From: Deinobacterium chartae
GTDB taxonomy: Bacteria; Deinococcota; Deinococci; Deinococcales; Deinococcaceae
NCBI RefSeq assembly: GCF_014202645.1
Contig: NZ_JACHHG010000002.1
Span: 162,180 to 226,179, forward strand
Reading direction: 5' to 3'
DNA length: 64,000 nt
In this document: piece after piece, positions 18,963 through 29,828 of the stretch
Layout of the letters: every line of letters starts with the position of its first letter
Position numbering within the stretch: position 1 is the stretch's first letter
Notes under the pieces: model-generated
Database searches by the model: none
Told to the model about the DNA's origin: nothing
Seen by the model: only the letters and a program-made list of their open reading frames with translations
Position numbers and translations under genes: made by a program

Positions 18963-20318
18963 ATGAACAACCCGATCACCGAGCTTGACCCGTTCATCGC
19001 GCAGGGCCGCCGCGACCTCGAGGAACTCGTGCGCCTGGAGAGCGTCTCGGCGCAAGGCCGCATGCTGCCCGAAACCGCCGACGCCGTCACGCGCCTGCTC
19101 GAGGCCGAGGGCTTCACGGTGCGCCGTTACCCCGGTCAGGTCGCTCCGGTGCTGGTGGCCGAAGCGGGCGAGGGACCGCGCACCCTCTTGATCTACAACC
19201 ACTACGACGTGCAACCCGAGGCTCCCCTCGAGCTGTGGGAGAGCCCGCCGTTCGAGCTGACCGAGCGCGAGGGCCGCCTGTTCGGGCGCGGCGCCAGCGA
19301 CGACAAGGGCGAGTTCGTCTCGCGCCTCGCCGCCTTGCGCGCGCTGCGCGCCGAAAACGGTGGCCGCCTGCCGCTGCGGGTGCGCTGGTTGATCGAGGGC
19401 GAGGAGGAAGTCGGCAGCCCCAGCCTGGCGGACTTCGTGCGGGACCATGCCGAGGAACTGCGCGCCGACGGCTGCTGGTGGGAATTCGGCGCGATCGACC
19501 CGGCGGGCCGACCGGTGCTGTACGCCGGGCTCAAGGGCATCGTGTGCGTGGAACTGCGCTGCCGGGTAGCCGACTCGGACCTGCACTCCGCCAACGGTGC
19601 GGTGGTGGACAACCCGCTCTACCGCCTCTCGAAGGCCATCGCCTCGCTGCGCGACGACGCGGGCCGCATCACCATCCCGGGCTTCTACGACGACGTGCGC
19701 GCGCCCTCGCAGGCCGACCTCGAGGCGGTGGCGCGCATTCCCGACGAGTCAGCGGCGATGCGCGAGGCCTACGGCATCCGGGGGTTCCTGGAAAACGCCT
19801 CGGGGGCCGAGTACTACCGCCGCAGCGCCCTCGAGCCGGTGCTGAACGTCAACGGCCTGCACGGCGGCTACGACGGCCCAGGCAGCAAGACCGTGCTGCC
19901 CGCCTGGGGATTTGCCAAGCTCGACTTCCGCCTTGTGCCGGACCAGTCGCCGGGACAGGTGGTGGCGCTGCTGCGTGCCCACCTGAAAAACATCGGCCTG
20001 GGCGACATCGAGGTGCTGGAACTCGAGACCCACGAGCACCCGGCCCGCTCGGACCTGACCCACCCTTTCGTGCGGCTGGCCGCGCAGACCGCCCGCGACG
20101 TGTACGGCGTAGAGCCGGTGCTGCACCCCTCGAGCGGCGGCTCGGGCCCGATGCACCCCTTTTTGGAATACGTGGGGCTGCCGGTCATCGCCATGGGCAT
20201 CGGCAACCACGCCGGGCGCGCGCACGCTCCCAACGAGAACATTCGGGTGCAGGACTTCGAGCGCGGCGTGGCCTTCGCCCTCGAGTTCTTCCGCCGTCTG
20301 GCCCGTCTCGAGGACTGA
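18963..20318 (+). CDS. M20 family metallopeptidase (dipeptidase/ArgE/DapE-like)
   Basis: 451 aa. HYDVQP...GRGASDDKG motifs of peptidase M20. Confidence 0.75.
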   Translation: MNNPITELDPFIAQGRRDLEELVRLESVSAQGRMLPETADAVTRLLEAEGFTVRRYPGQVAPVLVAEAGEGPRTLLIYNHYDVQPEAPLELWESPPFELTEREGRLFGRGASDDKGEFVSRLAALRALRAENGGRLPLRVRWLIEGEEEVGSPSLADFVRDHAEELRADGCWWEFGAIDPAGRPVLYAGLKGIVCVELRCRVADSDLHSANGAVVDNPLYRLSKAIASLRDDAGRITIPGFYDDVRAPSQADLEAVARIPDESAAMREAYGIRGFLENASGAEYYRRSALEPVLNVNGLHGGYDGPGSKTVLPAWGFAKLDFRLVPDQSPGQVVALLRAHLKNIGLGDIEVLELETHEHPARSDLTHPFVRLAAQTARDVYGVEPVLHPSSGGSGPMHPFLEYVGLPVIAMGIGNHAGRAHAPNENIRVQDFERGVAFALEFFRRLARLED

Positions 20319-20358
20319 CGCGCGAGGGGGGGCGCGACCCCACTCCCCCCTGTCCAAC

Positions 20359-20395
20359 AAACGGTCTCCCGCAGAAGTTCTGCGGGAGACCGTTT
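20359..20395. terminator. bidirectional hairpin terminator (16-bp stem)
   Basis: AAACGGTCTCCCGCAG aagtt CTGCGGGAGACCGTTT, between the convergent M20 peptidase and VanW genes. Confidence 0.55.
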
Positions 20396-20405
20396 CACGC
20401 CACCT

Positions 20406-22115
20406 TCAGCGGCTGCCGACCAGATACACCGCCTGCCAGGGGCGGTAGTTGCTGTTGAGTTCCTCGGTGCGTTTGCCGCTCGCGTCGACGATGGTGCGGG
20501 TGATGCGCACGCGGTAGCCGTCCACCGCCCAGTCCACCTGCTTGCGCACCCCCGAGGGCAGGCTGGGATCGGAGACGTAACGGGGTGCGGGGTGCGGGGT
20601 GCGCGAGAGGATGGTGGGCTGCGAGACCTTGACCGTGCGCTTGACCGGCATGCCCCACACCTGCACGGTCACCGTTCCGGCGGCGCGGTCCACCTTCGCG
20701 CGGACCAGCATCGGCCCGGCCAGGTCGTTTTTCATCTTGAGGTCCACGCCCGGCTGGTACACCGCCGCCTCGAAGCCGACGTACGGCTCGTACCAGCTCA
20801 CGCGGTAGGCGTGCTGGTTGCGCTCGACCACCGGAAGTCCCGCCTGGTAGAGTGCGCGGAAAGCGGTGGTGGACACCTGGCACACGCCGCCGCCCACCCC
20901 TTCCACGGTGCGCCCGCCCGAAATGATCAGCGCTCCGGCGTAACCGTTCTCGGGGCTGATCTCGCCGATCGCGTCGTTGAACGAGAACACCTCGCCCTGC
21001 GCCACCAGCGTGCCGTCCAGGGCGCGCGCGGCCACCACCACGTTGGTGGAGCGCGCGGCACTCGAGCCCTTGAAGCGCGTGGTGGCCTCGGAGATCAGTT
21101 GCAGTTCATCCGGGTCGGGCAAGTCGGCCAAGGTCACCGAGGGTTTCACGGTTTCGACCGGCAGGCGCACGCTGCTGACCTTCGGGTCGAACACCGCCCG
21201 CTCGAACAGGCGGCGCGCTTCGGCCTGATCCAGCTTCCAGCCGTTCTTCTCGGCGACCGGCACCAGCTTGCCGCCTGCGAAGCGGAACGAGGCGTTCTCG
21301 GGGGCGCGGTCAAAGGCCGAAGCGCGCACCACCGCCTGCTGCAACGTCTTGTGGTCGGGCTCGAGGCGGTCGGCACGCACCCAGAACAAGTTGGCGACCT
21401 GCGCCGGGGTGAGGGTGACGCTCTTGACCCGCTCGGCGCCGCCCTCGGTCCGCAGCGGGTAGATCAGCTTGAACGGGCGCAACAGCGCGTTGGCCTCGCG
21501 CACGCGCGGCATCAGGTCCTCGGCGCGCAGCGTCGCCGGTCGCGCAACGGCCTTGAGCTCGAGGCGGGTCAGCATGGGCGACGTCCGGTAGGCCTGCACG
21601 GCCGCCTCGATATCCGCCACGCTGCCCGGGCGGTCGTTGCGGATGGCGTAGCGGCCATCGACAAAGAACACCCTGGCATTCGTCGCGGGCTGCTCGAGGT
21701 CGCGGCCCAGCGCCTGCAGGCGATCTCGCAGGCGCGCCTCGTCCACGCGGGCGACCGGCTCGACCGCGCGGGGTTCGCCCTGCAGGCCCAGCTGGGCCTG
21801 CAGGCGCTCGCCGACGCCGCCGCGCCCCACCTCGAGGGCGCGAGACACGGTCGCTTCCGTGTCCACGGTCCAGCCGAGCTCGCGGGCATCGAGCACCTGC
21901 TCGCGCGCGCCCACCCGGACGGTGACCTGCGGGGCCGTCAAGTCGGCCTGGTGGGCCTCGAGGCTGCGCCGGGCTTCCTCAGCGCTCATCCCGCCGAGCG
22001 GTACGCCCTGCACGACCACGCCGGGACCCACCCGGTCGGCGTAGTACGCCTCGGCGGAAACCCAGGCGAGCGAGAGCGTGACGGGCAGGGCGATCAGCAA
22101 CAGACGGCGCTTCAT
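20406..22115 (-). CDS. VanW family protein with an N-terminal signal/anchor
   Basis: 569 aa. C-terminal VanW domain (GGGVCQVSTTAFRALYQAGLPV). N-terminal hydrophobic segment. Confidence 0.7.
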   Translation of the reverse strand: MKRRLLLIALPVTLSLAWVSAEAYYADRVGPGVVVQGVPLGGMSAEEARRSLEAHQADLTAPQVTVRVGAREQVLDARELGWTVDTEATVSRALEVGRGGVGERLQAQLGLQGEPRAVEPVARVDEARLRDRLQALGRDLEQPATNARVFFVDGRYAIRNDRPGSVADIEAAVQAYRTSPMLTRLELKAVARPATLRAEDLMPRVREANALLRPFKLIYPLRTEGGAERVKSVTLTPAQVANLFWVRADRLEPDHKTLQQAVVRASAFDRAPENASFRFAGGKLVPVAEKNGWKLDQAEARRLFERAVFDPKVSSVRLPVETVKPSVTLADLPDPDELQLISEATTRFKGSSAARSTNVVVAARALDGTLVAQGEVFSFNDAIGEISPENGYAGALIISGGRTVEGVGGGVCQVSTTAFRALYQAGLPVVERNQHAYRVSWYEPYVGFEAAVYQPGVDLKMKNDLAGPMLVRAKVDRAAGTVTVQVWGMPVKRTVKVSQPTILSRTPHPAPRYVSDPSLPSGVRKQVDWAVDGYRVRITRTIVDASGKRTEELNSNYRPWQAVYLVGSR

Positions 22116-22221
22116 CGAGCCCAGTGTACCGCCGCTTTCCTGACCGCATATGAAACGGTCCCCTCACAAATCCCGTCCCGCTCATGAAGCGACCGGGGGG
22201 CACCGCGGCCCCCCGAAAGGT

Positions 22222-22836
22222 TCAGTGCTGGTACGAGTCCGATTCCTTCGACGCCTGCTGTTCCATGCGCGACTCGGAGGCCAGCCGCTGCTGCATGTCC
22301 ACTGCCCCGGCGTCCTTGAGGATCTGCAGGGCCTGGTCAACGCGCTCCTCGGATGCGTCGTCCACGTACACCAGCACCCCGCCGCCCTTGAGGCCCTGGA
22401 AGTAGATGCGGGCTTCCTCTTCGGGCACGCCAAAACGCACCAGACGCTGCACGAAGTCCCCGCCGTCCGAGCCGGACAGGGCACCTACCGCGCCGCCCAC
22501 CGCGGCCCCGCCGCCTACGCCCATGGCCACCGCGAAAGCCCCCGCCACCGCCAACGCGCCCACGCCGGGCACCAGCGCCATGCCGATCAGGGCGGGCAGG
22601 GCCAACGCCCCGCCGATCGCGGCTCCGCGCGCGCTGGTCCGAGCCGCGTTGGTTGCCGAGCCCTGGGGGGCTCCATCGTCCGGGGCAACGCCGGTGGCCT
22701 CGGCCACCTCGAGTTCTTTGATGTTGTCGAGCATCGCAAAACCCAGGCTCTCACGGTTGAATCCCTGGTCGAGCAGGTTCTGCAGCGCCTGTTCGGCGCG
22801 GTGGTGATCCTCGAACAGAGCCAGTGCGGTGTTCAT
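22222..22836 (-). CDS. general stress protein 17M-like / glycine-zipper (DUF1269-like) membrane protein
   Basis: N-terminal MNTALALFEDHHRAEQALQNL... and a Gly/Ala-rich zipper GAAIGGALALPALIGMALVPGVGALAVAGAF. Paralog of 35914..36555. Confidence 0.6.
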   Translation of the reverse strand: MNTALALFEDHHRAEQALQNLLDQGFNRESLGFAMLDNIKELEVAEATGVAPDDGAPQGSATNAARTSARGAAIGGALALPALIGMALVPGVGALAVAGAFAVAMGVGGGAAVGGAVGALSGSDGGDFVQRLVRFGVPEEEARIYFQGLKGGGVLVYVDDASEERVDQALQILKDAGAVDMQQRLASESRMEQQASKESDSYQH

Positions 22837-22923
22837 GGTAACTTCCTCTCCCGCCCCGGGGGGCGTATGACTCCGTCGTACCAGAACGAACGCGGCTGCA
22901 CGCGAGAATTCGATAAATTTACC

Positions 22924-23862
22924 TCAACGCAAAGGCTGAGTTTGCACCTCCTCGAGGGACAGCAGGCGGTCGGCGAGTTCCTCGGGGCTGGCCTCGCCCT
23001 TGAGGATGCGCCGCAACGCGTCCTCCTCGGCCGCCTGCGCCGCGCGCAGCACCCGCTCGTGCACCTGCAGCCGCACCTCGAAGCGGGTGCGTTCCAATCG
23101 GCGCGCCTCGAGGCGCACCTCGCCCAGGTGCGCGCGGTGCGCCTCGAGGCGCGCGAGCAGCGTGTCCACGCCGCTGCCGTCCGAGGCGGTGGTCTGGACC
23201 ACCGGGGCCAGCCAGTCCTCGGCGGTGTGGGCAGCCAGCCCCTGCGCGGCGCGCAGCTCGCGCACCAGTCGGCTGGCCCCGGGCAGGTCCGACTTGTTGA
23301 CCACGAAGACGTCGGCGATTTCCATCACGCCCGCCTTGAAGGCCTGCACCGCGTCTCCCTGGTTGGGGGTCAGGACCAGCACGGTGTGGTCGGCAACCCG
23401 GGCGATGTCCACCTCGCTTTGCCCCACCCCGACCGTCTCGATGAACACGTAGTCAAAGCCGAAATTCTCGAGCAGGGCCAGCACCTGCAGCGTGCGGTTC
23501 GAGAGTCCGCCCAAGGCTCCCCTCGAGGCCATCGAGCGCACGAACACGCCCGTATCGGCGTGATGGCGCAGCATGCGGATGCGGTCACCCAGGATCGCAC
23601 CGCCGCTGAACGGGCTCGAGGGGTCCACGGCGGCGACCGCCACGGTCTGGCCCGCCGCGCGCAGTTGCGCGATCAGCGCGTCGGTGAGGGTACTCTTGCC
23701 GCTGCCGGGGCTGCCGGTGATGCCGACCACCCGGGACCTGCGCCCCAGGCGACGGGCGGCGCGCAGCAGGGCGCCTGCTTCGGGCAGCCCCGATTCCACG
23801 ACGGTGATCAGGCGCGCGAGGGCCCGCAGGTCCCCCGCCGCGTAGCGTTCGATCAGCTTCAC
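22924..23862 (-). CDS. meaB: methylmalonyl-CoA mutase-associated GTPase MeaB/ArgK
   Basis: P-loop GITGSPGSGKST plus the characteristic MeaB sequence. Confidence 0.8.
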   Translation of the reverse strand: MKLIERYAAGDLRALARLITVVESGLPEAGALLRAARRLGRRSRVVGITGSPGSGKSTLTDALIAQLRAAGQTVAVAAVDPSSPFSGGAILGDRIRMLRHHADTGVFVRSMASRGALGGLSNRTLQVLALLENFGFDYVFIETVGVGQSEVDIARVADHTVLVLTPNQGDAVQAFKAGVMEIADVFVVNKSDLPGASRLVRELRAAQGLAAHTAEDWLAPVVQTTASDGSGVDTLLARLEAHRAHLGEVRLEARRLERTRFEVRLQVHERVLRAAQAAEEDALRRILKGEASPEELADRLLSLEEVQTQPLR

Positions 23863-24052
23863 CTCTCCAGTCTAGCGCCTGAGCGAGCGTTTGTTTGCAA
23901 ACACCTCGGGACAGCGGCGAGCGGTCACCCTCGCGGCCTTCGCTGCGAAGGCAAGGGAGCGGACCTGCGCTACGGCGGGCATTTTCCGCCGATCACCCTT
24001 CCGGTCACGCCCAGCCACCGGCCAGCCACCCTGCGCGCACTAGCCTGAGCGC

Positions 24053-24880
24053 ATGAAGCATGCCCTGACCACCACCTTGCTGCTCGCCCTGCCCGCCCTG
24101 GCCCAGTCCACCACCCTCGAGGGCACCCTGTTCGCCCCCCAGGGCGGCAACGTGAAAGGAACCGTGGTGATCGCCTGCGTTCCCGACGACCAGGGCGGCT
24201 GCGACGAAGCCAGCAGCCGTTACACCCAGATCACCGCGAGTGCGGCCAAGGCCGCCTTCAAGGTGCCGGTCCAGGCCGGAACCCGCTACGGTCTGGTCGC
24301 CTGGCAAGACCTCAACGGCAGCGGCGCAATCGACGACGGAGACGCGGTGGCCGCCCTGCTCGAGGGCCAGAGCTTCAAGCAGCTCAGCGGACCGAAAAAA
24401 GGCCTCGAGCTGTGCCTGAGCGTGCAGGGAGCCGTGCAGACGCAACCGCAGGCCAACAGCACCTCCTCCAAGGGCGCGGTACCCCAGGCGCTGCTGGGCA
24501 CCTGGGTCCAGGGCAGCAGCACCGGCGTGGACTACTACAACCGCGCGACCGGCAGCTGGGCTCCTCCCTCGGGTTCCGGGGCACTCTACCGCTTCCGGGC
24601 GGACGGCAGCTACGACAAGAGCGTGACCATCCAGCTCTCGCAGTACACCTGCGGCACCCAGGCGGTCTCGCACGAGAGCGGACGCGCCAGCTTCCAGGGC
24701 AGGGAAGTCATCCTGACCCCGACCAGCTACCGCCTGCGCTACACCTCGTCGTGCAACCCCGCCAACAACTACGAAACCACCCGGCTGCCCGCGCCCAGCC
24801 GTTACGGCTGGGCGGTGGAGGGCGATCAGCTGAAGCTGACCTTCCCGGACGGCAACGTGAGCGTGTACGGAAAAATGTAG
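24053..24880 (+). CDS. secreted hypothetical protein
   Basis: Signal peptide MKHALTTTLLLALPALAQS. 275 aa, no recognised domain. Confidence 0.55.
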   Translation: MKHALTTTLLLALPALAQSTTLEGTLFAPQGGNVKGTVVIACVPDDQGGCDEASSRYTQITASAAKAAFKVPVQAGTRYGLVAWQDLNGSGAIDDGDAVAALLEGQSFKQLSGPKKGLELCLSVQGAVQTQPQANSTSSKGAVPQALLGTWVQGSSTGVDYYNRATGSWAPPSGSGALYRFRADGSYDKSVTIQLSQYTCGTQAVSHESGRASFQGREVILTPTSYRLRYTSSCNPANNYETTRLPAPSRYGWAVEGDQLKLTFPDGNVSVYGKM

Positions 24881-24919
24881 CCCGCTCTTCGTTTCAGCGG
24901 CGCACAGCGGCGGAGCGGT

Positions 24920-25627
24920 TCAGTCCTCGGCGTCGTCGGGCGTGTCTTCTTCGTCCCACTCGAGGTGCGCGGCGTCGTTGTACGAGATCAGGCGTCCGCC
25001 TGCGGGCGACAGCAGCATGCGGGTGATCGAGGTGTTGTCAATGGACAGCCGCGCCCACACGTCCTGCAGGTGGCCGCCCAGCGCCAGGCTGACCGCCACG
25101 CGCACCACCCCACCGTGCGTGACGACCAAGATCCGTTCGCCCGGGTGGCGGGCGCGCAGATCCTCGAAGGCCTCACGCACCCGCAGGGCCAAGTCGGCCA
25201 TGCTTTCGCCGCCGGGCCGCCGCGCATTCCAGGGATCGCGGCGCAACTCCTCGAGGTAGGCGGGGTACAGCGTCTCGAGCTCGTGGTGGTAGCGTCCGCC
25301 CAGCTCGCCCACATCGATCTCGCGCAGGCGCGGCTCGACGCGCACCTCGGGCCGCCCGGCCAGCCGGGACGCCACGATCTCGGCGGTACGGCGGGCCCGC
25401 GACAGGTCCGAGGTGTACACCGCCGCGAAAGCGGCGTCCTCGAGGCGCTCGGCCAGACGCCACGCCTGCGTTTCACCGACGTCGGACAGCGGCACGTCGG
25501 TCTGACCCTGGTAACGCCCGCCGGCGTTCCAGGTGGTCTGGGCGTGGCGCACCACCCAGAACTCGGTGGTGGTGCGCGGATCTTCGGCGGGGAAGCCGGT
25601 GGGCGGCCGTGGGACCGGGTGCGTCAT
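24920..25627 (-). CDS. histidine phosphatase family protein (phosphoglycerate mutase-like)
   Basis: RHAQTTWN catalytic His motif. Start set to MTHPV... to avoid overlap with the purM stop. Confidence 0.7.
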   Translation of the reverse strand: MTHPVPRPPTGFPAEDPRTTTEFWVVRHAQTTWNAGGRYQGQTDVPLSDVGETQAWRLAERLEDAAFAAVYTSDLSRARRTAEIVASRLAGRPEVRVEPRLREIDVGELGGRYHHELETLYPAYLEELRRDPWNARRPGGESMADLALRVREAFEDLRARHPGERILVVTHGGVVRVAVSLALGGHLQDVWARLSIDNTSITRMLLSPAGGRLISYNDAAHLEWDEEDTPDDAED

Positions 25628-25631
25628 GCGT

Positions 25632-26666
<1,035 letters not shown>

Positions 26667-26924
26667 TCGCTCTCCTCCTCAGCGCGGGGCTCTGCCCCGC
26701 GTCGCGTGGTTATTGTAACTCACCGGATTTCCGCTCGTCGGACGGAGCGCCCGCCGACTTTACGCTTGCCAGCTTCCCGTGCGGGGCTGAGCGAATCCCC
26801 TGGGTCCGGCGGCACCCCGTGTCCCCCTGCGACGCTCCTGCTCGCAGCGATCTTGCAGACCTCCGGCGGCCCTGCGGTGAGCGCCCTGCCCGCCCGCGCG
26901 GCCTCGATTGGCTTAGAATGCGGC

Positions 26925-27899
26925 GTGCACCAAGCCATCTCCCGCTTCATCGACCAACTGCTGCCCCGCGAGCATCCGCGCCCCGAAATCGAACTGCTCT
27001 ACCGCATGATGCGCGACTACCCCGAGCGCGGCGGCAAGATGCTGCGCGGCACGCTGGTCCTGCTGTCGGCCCGCGCGCACGGGGGCCGTGACGAACACGC
27101 GCTGCCGCTGGCTGCGGCTCTCGAGCTGTTCCAGAACTGGGTGCTGATTCACGACGACATCGAAGACGACTCGGAGGAGCGGCGCGGCCGCCCAGCACTG
27201 CACCGCGAGCACGGCGTGCCGCTGGCCATCAACGCCGGAGACGCGCTGCACATCTACATGTGGCAGACGGTGCTGCAAGCCGGGGTGCCCGGCGCAGCCG
27301 AGGAATTCTTGCGCACCATCCACCGCACTGCCGAGGGGCAGCACGTGGACCTCGGCTGGGTCGAGCACGGGCGCTGGGACCTGAACGAGGCCGACTACCT
27401 CGAGATGGTCCAGCTCAAGACCGCCCACTACACCGTGGTCTCCCCGCTGCGCCTGGGTGCTCTGGCCGCCGGGCTCGAGCCGGACCCGCGCTTCCTCGAG
27501 GCCGGGCTGGCCCTGGGGGCCGCCTTCCAGATCCGCGACGACATCTTGAACCTCACCGCCGAAGGCAGCGCTTACGGCAAGGAGGTCGCCGGGGACCTGC
27601 TCGAGGGCAAACGCACGCTGATGCTGCTGCGCTGGCTCGAAAGCGCCCGGGCGGACCAGCGTGACTTTTTCCTCGAGGTGATGTCGCGCCCGCGCAGCGA
27701 GAAGCGCCTCGAAGAGATCGAGCGCATCCTGCGCTGGCTGCTGGCGAGCGACGCGGTGCGCTACGCCGACGAGCGGGCCCGCTTCGAGGCGGCGCGGGGT
27801 CTGGAGCTGCTCGAGGCGGCACTGGAGAGCGCACCGGACCGCGAGGCGGTCGGGCAGATCATGGGCACGCTGCGTCAACTCGCGACCCGGGATCACTGA
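26925..27899 (+). CDS. geranylgeranyl diphosphate synthase (polyprenyl synthetase family)
   Basis: DYPERGGKMLRG...FQNWVLIHDDIEDDSEERRGRPALH...DD motifs. Close resemblance to Thermus GGPPS. GTG start 5 nt after TAGAAT. Confidence 0.75.
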   Translation: MHQAISRFIDQLLPREHPRPEIELLYRMMRDYPERGGKMLRGTLVLLSARAHGGRDEHALPLAAALELFQNWVLIHDDIEDDSEERRGRPALHREHGVPLAINAGDALHIYMWQTVLQAGVPGAAEEFLRTIHRTAEGQHVDLGWVEHGRWDLNEADYLEMVQLKTAHYTVVSPLRLGALAAGLEPDPRFLEAGLALGAAFQIRDDILNLTAEGSAYGKEVAGDLLEGKRTLMLLRWLESARADQRDFFLEVMSRPRSEKRLEEIERILRWLLASDAVRYADERARFEAARGLELLEAALESAPDREAVGQIMGTLRQLATRDH

Positions 27900-27905
27900 T
27901 TCGCG

Positions 27906-27944
27906 CCAGGAGCGGACCTCAAACCCTTAACGGTCCGCTCCTGG
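27906..27944. terminator. hairpin terminator (13-bp stem)
   Basis: CCAGGAGCGGACC-N13-GGTCCGCTCCTGG directly after the GGPPS stop. Confidence 0.45.
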
Positions 27945-28385
27945 CAGACCCGCTCTGACCTCCTGTGGCGGGGCAGTCCAGTCGGTCGCCAGCCAGGTCA
28001 GCAGGTTCACGGCGGCCAACCCCAGCAGAAAGTTGCGCTCGCGTGGCCGGTCGGCGAAGCCGGCCAGCCAGGGCAGGGCCACCTGGGCGGCAATGCTGGC
28101 GATCTCTACCCGGCCGTGCCAGCGAAACGGCACGCGCGGCAGCAGACCGAGCGGGGTGCGGGTGGTCACGATGCCCAGCGCGATGGCAGGAACAAAAGCC
28201 AGCGCCGCGCACCGACCGGGGCCCTCGAGCCGGGCGGCCGGTACGGCGAGCGCGAGTCCCAGGACCGCACAGCAGTCCACCAGCGCGTGGCCGCGTCGGG
28301 CCAGCAGTTTTCGCAAGGGCTCACCTCCTGAGCTCAGTGTGCGGGAGCAGGCTGCGCGCGGTGTTGGAGCGGGCTGAACCCGCAT
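27927..28385 (-). CDS. hypothetical 4-TM membrane protein
   Basis: 152 aa ORF with four hydrophobic helices. Weak call. Confidence 0.35.
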   Translation of the reverse strand: MRVQPAPTPRAACSRTLSSGGEPLRKLLARRGHALVDCCAVLGLALAVPAARLEGPGRCAALAFVPAIALGIVTTRTPLGLLPRVPFRWHGRVEIASIAAQVALPWLAGFADRPRERNFLLGLAAVNLLTWLATDWTAPPQEVRAGLPGADR

Positions 28386-28406
28386 TCATGCACTTCGGGG
28401 CCGGGC

Positions 28407-29024
28407 TCAGCGGTGCGAGACGAGCAACGAGACCGCCAGCAGCCACATCACCGCTCCGACCAGCGCGTCGAGCACGCGCCACGCGGCCGGTTTGCGGAAC
28501 AGCGGCACCAGCGCCGAAGCGCCGAACGCCAGCGCGAAGAACCACACGAACGACGCAGCGACCGCTCCGCCCGCAAAACCCAGACGGCCTCCCAGGCCGT
28601 ATCCGGCGGCCAGGCTGCCGATCAGGACCACCGTGTCGAGATAGACGTGCGGGTTGAGCAGGCTGAACGCCAGGGTGCTCAGCACGATGCCGCGCCTCGA
28701 GGCGGCGGGCTGGGCCTCGAGGTCGAGCGCGCGGGGCCGCAGGGCCGATCGCAGCGCACGCGCGCCGTAAACGATCAGAAAGGCCGCCCCGCCCCAGGTC
28801 GCGATGCGGATCAGGAGCGGACTGCTGGCGAAAATGCTGCCCAGTCCGAAAACGCCCAGAACGATCAGCGCGGCGTCGCCCAGCGCGCTGATCAGCGCGA
28901 CCAGAAAGCGGTGCTGGCGCAACAGGCCCTGCCGGAGCACAAAGGCATTTTGAGCGCCGATGGCGATGATCAGGCCCGCGCCGGTTCCAAAGCCCTTGAG
29001 GGCGGCCAGCAGCAAAATGTCCAC
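28407..29024 (-). CDS. LysE/ArgO family amino-acid exporter
   Basis: MDILLLAALKGFGTGAGLIIAIGAQNAFVLRQG, the canonical LysE N-terminus. Confidence 0.8.
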   Translation of the reverse strand: MDILLLAALKGFGTGAGLIIAIGAQNAFVLRQGLLRQHRFLVALISALGDAALIVLGVFGLGSIFASSPLLIRIATWGGAAFLIVYGARALRSALRPRALDLEAQPAASRRGIVLSTLAFSLLNPHVYLDTVVLIGSLAAGYGLGGRLGFAGGAVAASFVWFFALAFGASALVPLFRKPAAWRVLDALVGAVMWLLAVSLLVSHR

Positions 29025-29139
29025 GTGTTTCAGTCTAGCGGCCCGGAATGCGCGGCACCTCCGCCGTTTGACCAGCCTGCGCTGGCTCGGGCAACGCCGC
29101 GCGCTCCGGGCAGGATTCGCCGATGCTTCCCCACGGCCT

Positions 29140-29751
29140 TCAGCCTTCCAAAGCGGCCTGCTCGCGCATCAGGCGGGCGATCTCGCGCTCCAGCGGGTCG
29201 GCACTCGCCTCGAGGGCTGCGCGCACGCCCGCCTGATCTTCGGGGCGCCGGTTCTGCGAGAGCTTGAACTTGCCCTCGAGGCGGGTGACCGTCAGCTCGA
29301 AGCCCACCGTGCCGCGCGCCATGCCCTCGAGGTAACGCTCCGGGGCTGCGCCCAGCGCACCCGGATCGAAGGTCTCGGAGAGCTCGTGCAGGTGCGCGAG
29401 CCGCTCGGCCTCGCCTACGACCCGCACCGTTCCGTAGGCGTGGACGGTCGCGTAGTTCCAGGTGGGAACGTTCGGAGCCGAGGCGTACCAGCGGTTCGAG
29501 ACGTAGGCGTGGGGCCCCTGGAAGATCACCAGGACCTCGCCCGGACGCTGCAGGTGCGCGGCCTGCGGGTTGGCGCGGGCCAGATGCGCGCGCAGGCACA
29601 GCGTTTGGTTCCCACCCCCGATCACGAACGGCAGGTGCGAGGCGAAGGGCACGCCGCCCGGGGCGGTCACCAGCGTGGCAAACGGGTACTGGCGCATGAA
29701 GCCCTCGAGGATGCGCGAATCGGTGACCTCGTAGTAGGACGGGATGTACAC
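29140..29751 (-). CDS. FMN-binding negative transcriptional regulator (PaiB family)
   Basis: 203 aa PaiB-like sequence with a GTG start. Divergent from the MocR regulator. Confidence 0.7.
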   Translation of the reverse strand: MYIPSYYEVTDSRILEGFMRQYPFATLVTAPGGVPFASHLPFVIGGGNQTLCLRAHLARANPQAAHLQRPGEVLVIFQGPHAYVSNRWYASAPNVPTWNYATVHAYGTVRVVGEAERLAHLHELSETFDPGALGAAPERYLEGMARGTVGFELTVTRLEGKFKLSQNRRPEDQAGVRAALEASADPLEREIARLMREQAALEG

Positions 29752-29828
29752 GGTGACCTCCGGTTCCTACCGTAGCGCCGAATTGGACCTGTGAAGAGCG
29801 CCATTACGCGCAGTATGCTAAGACCATT

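Noticed and set aside
23870-24048. 12-bp direct repeats TAGCGCCTGAGCG / TAGCCTGAGCGC flanking a 170-bp non-coding stretch (MITE or insertion scar?)
   Set aside because: There are no terminal inverted repeats inside the direct repeats and no coding capacity. The region contains the palindrome GTTTGCAAAC (23893..23902) and is more likely an ordinary divergent promoter region. Coincidental GC-rich repeats are plausible.
26700-26900. Possible ZTP (pfl) or purine riboswitch upstream of purM
   Set aside because: The mRNA-sense sequence lacks the conserved GGGUCGUGAC / CCGCCUGGGCA ZTP elements and the purine-riboswitch UAUA...CCGUAAAU junctions. A TACAAT promoter placed about 45 nt from the ATG also leaves too little room for an aptamer.
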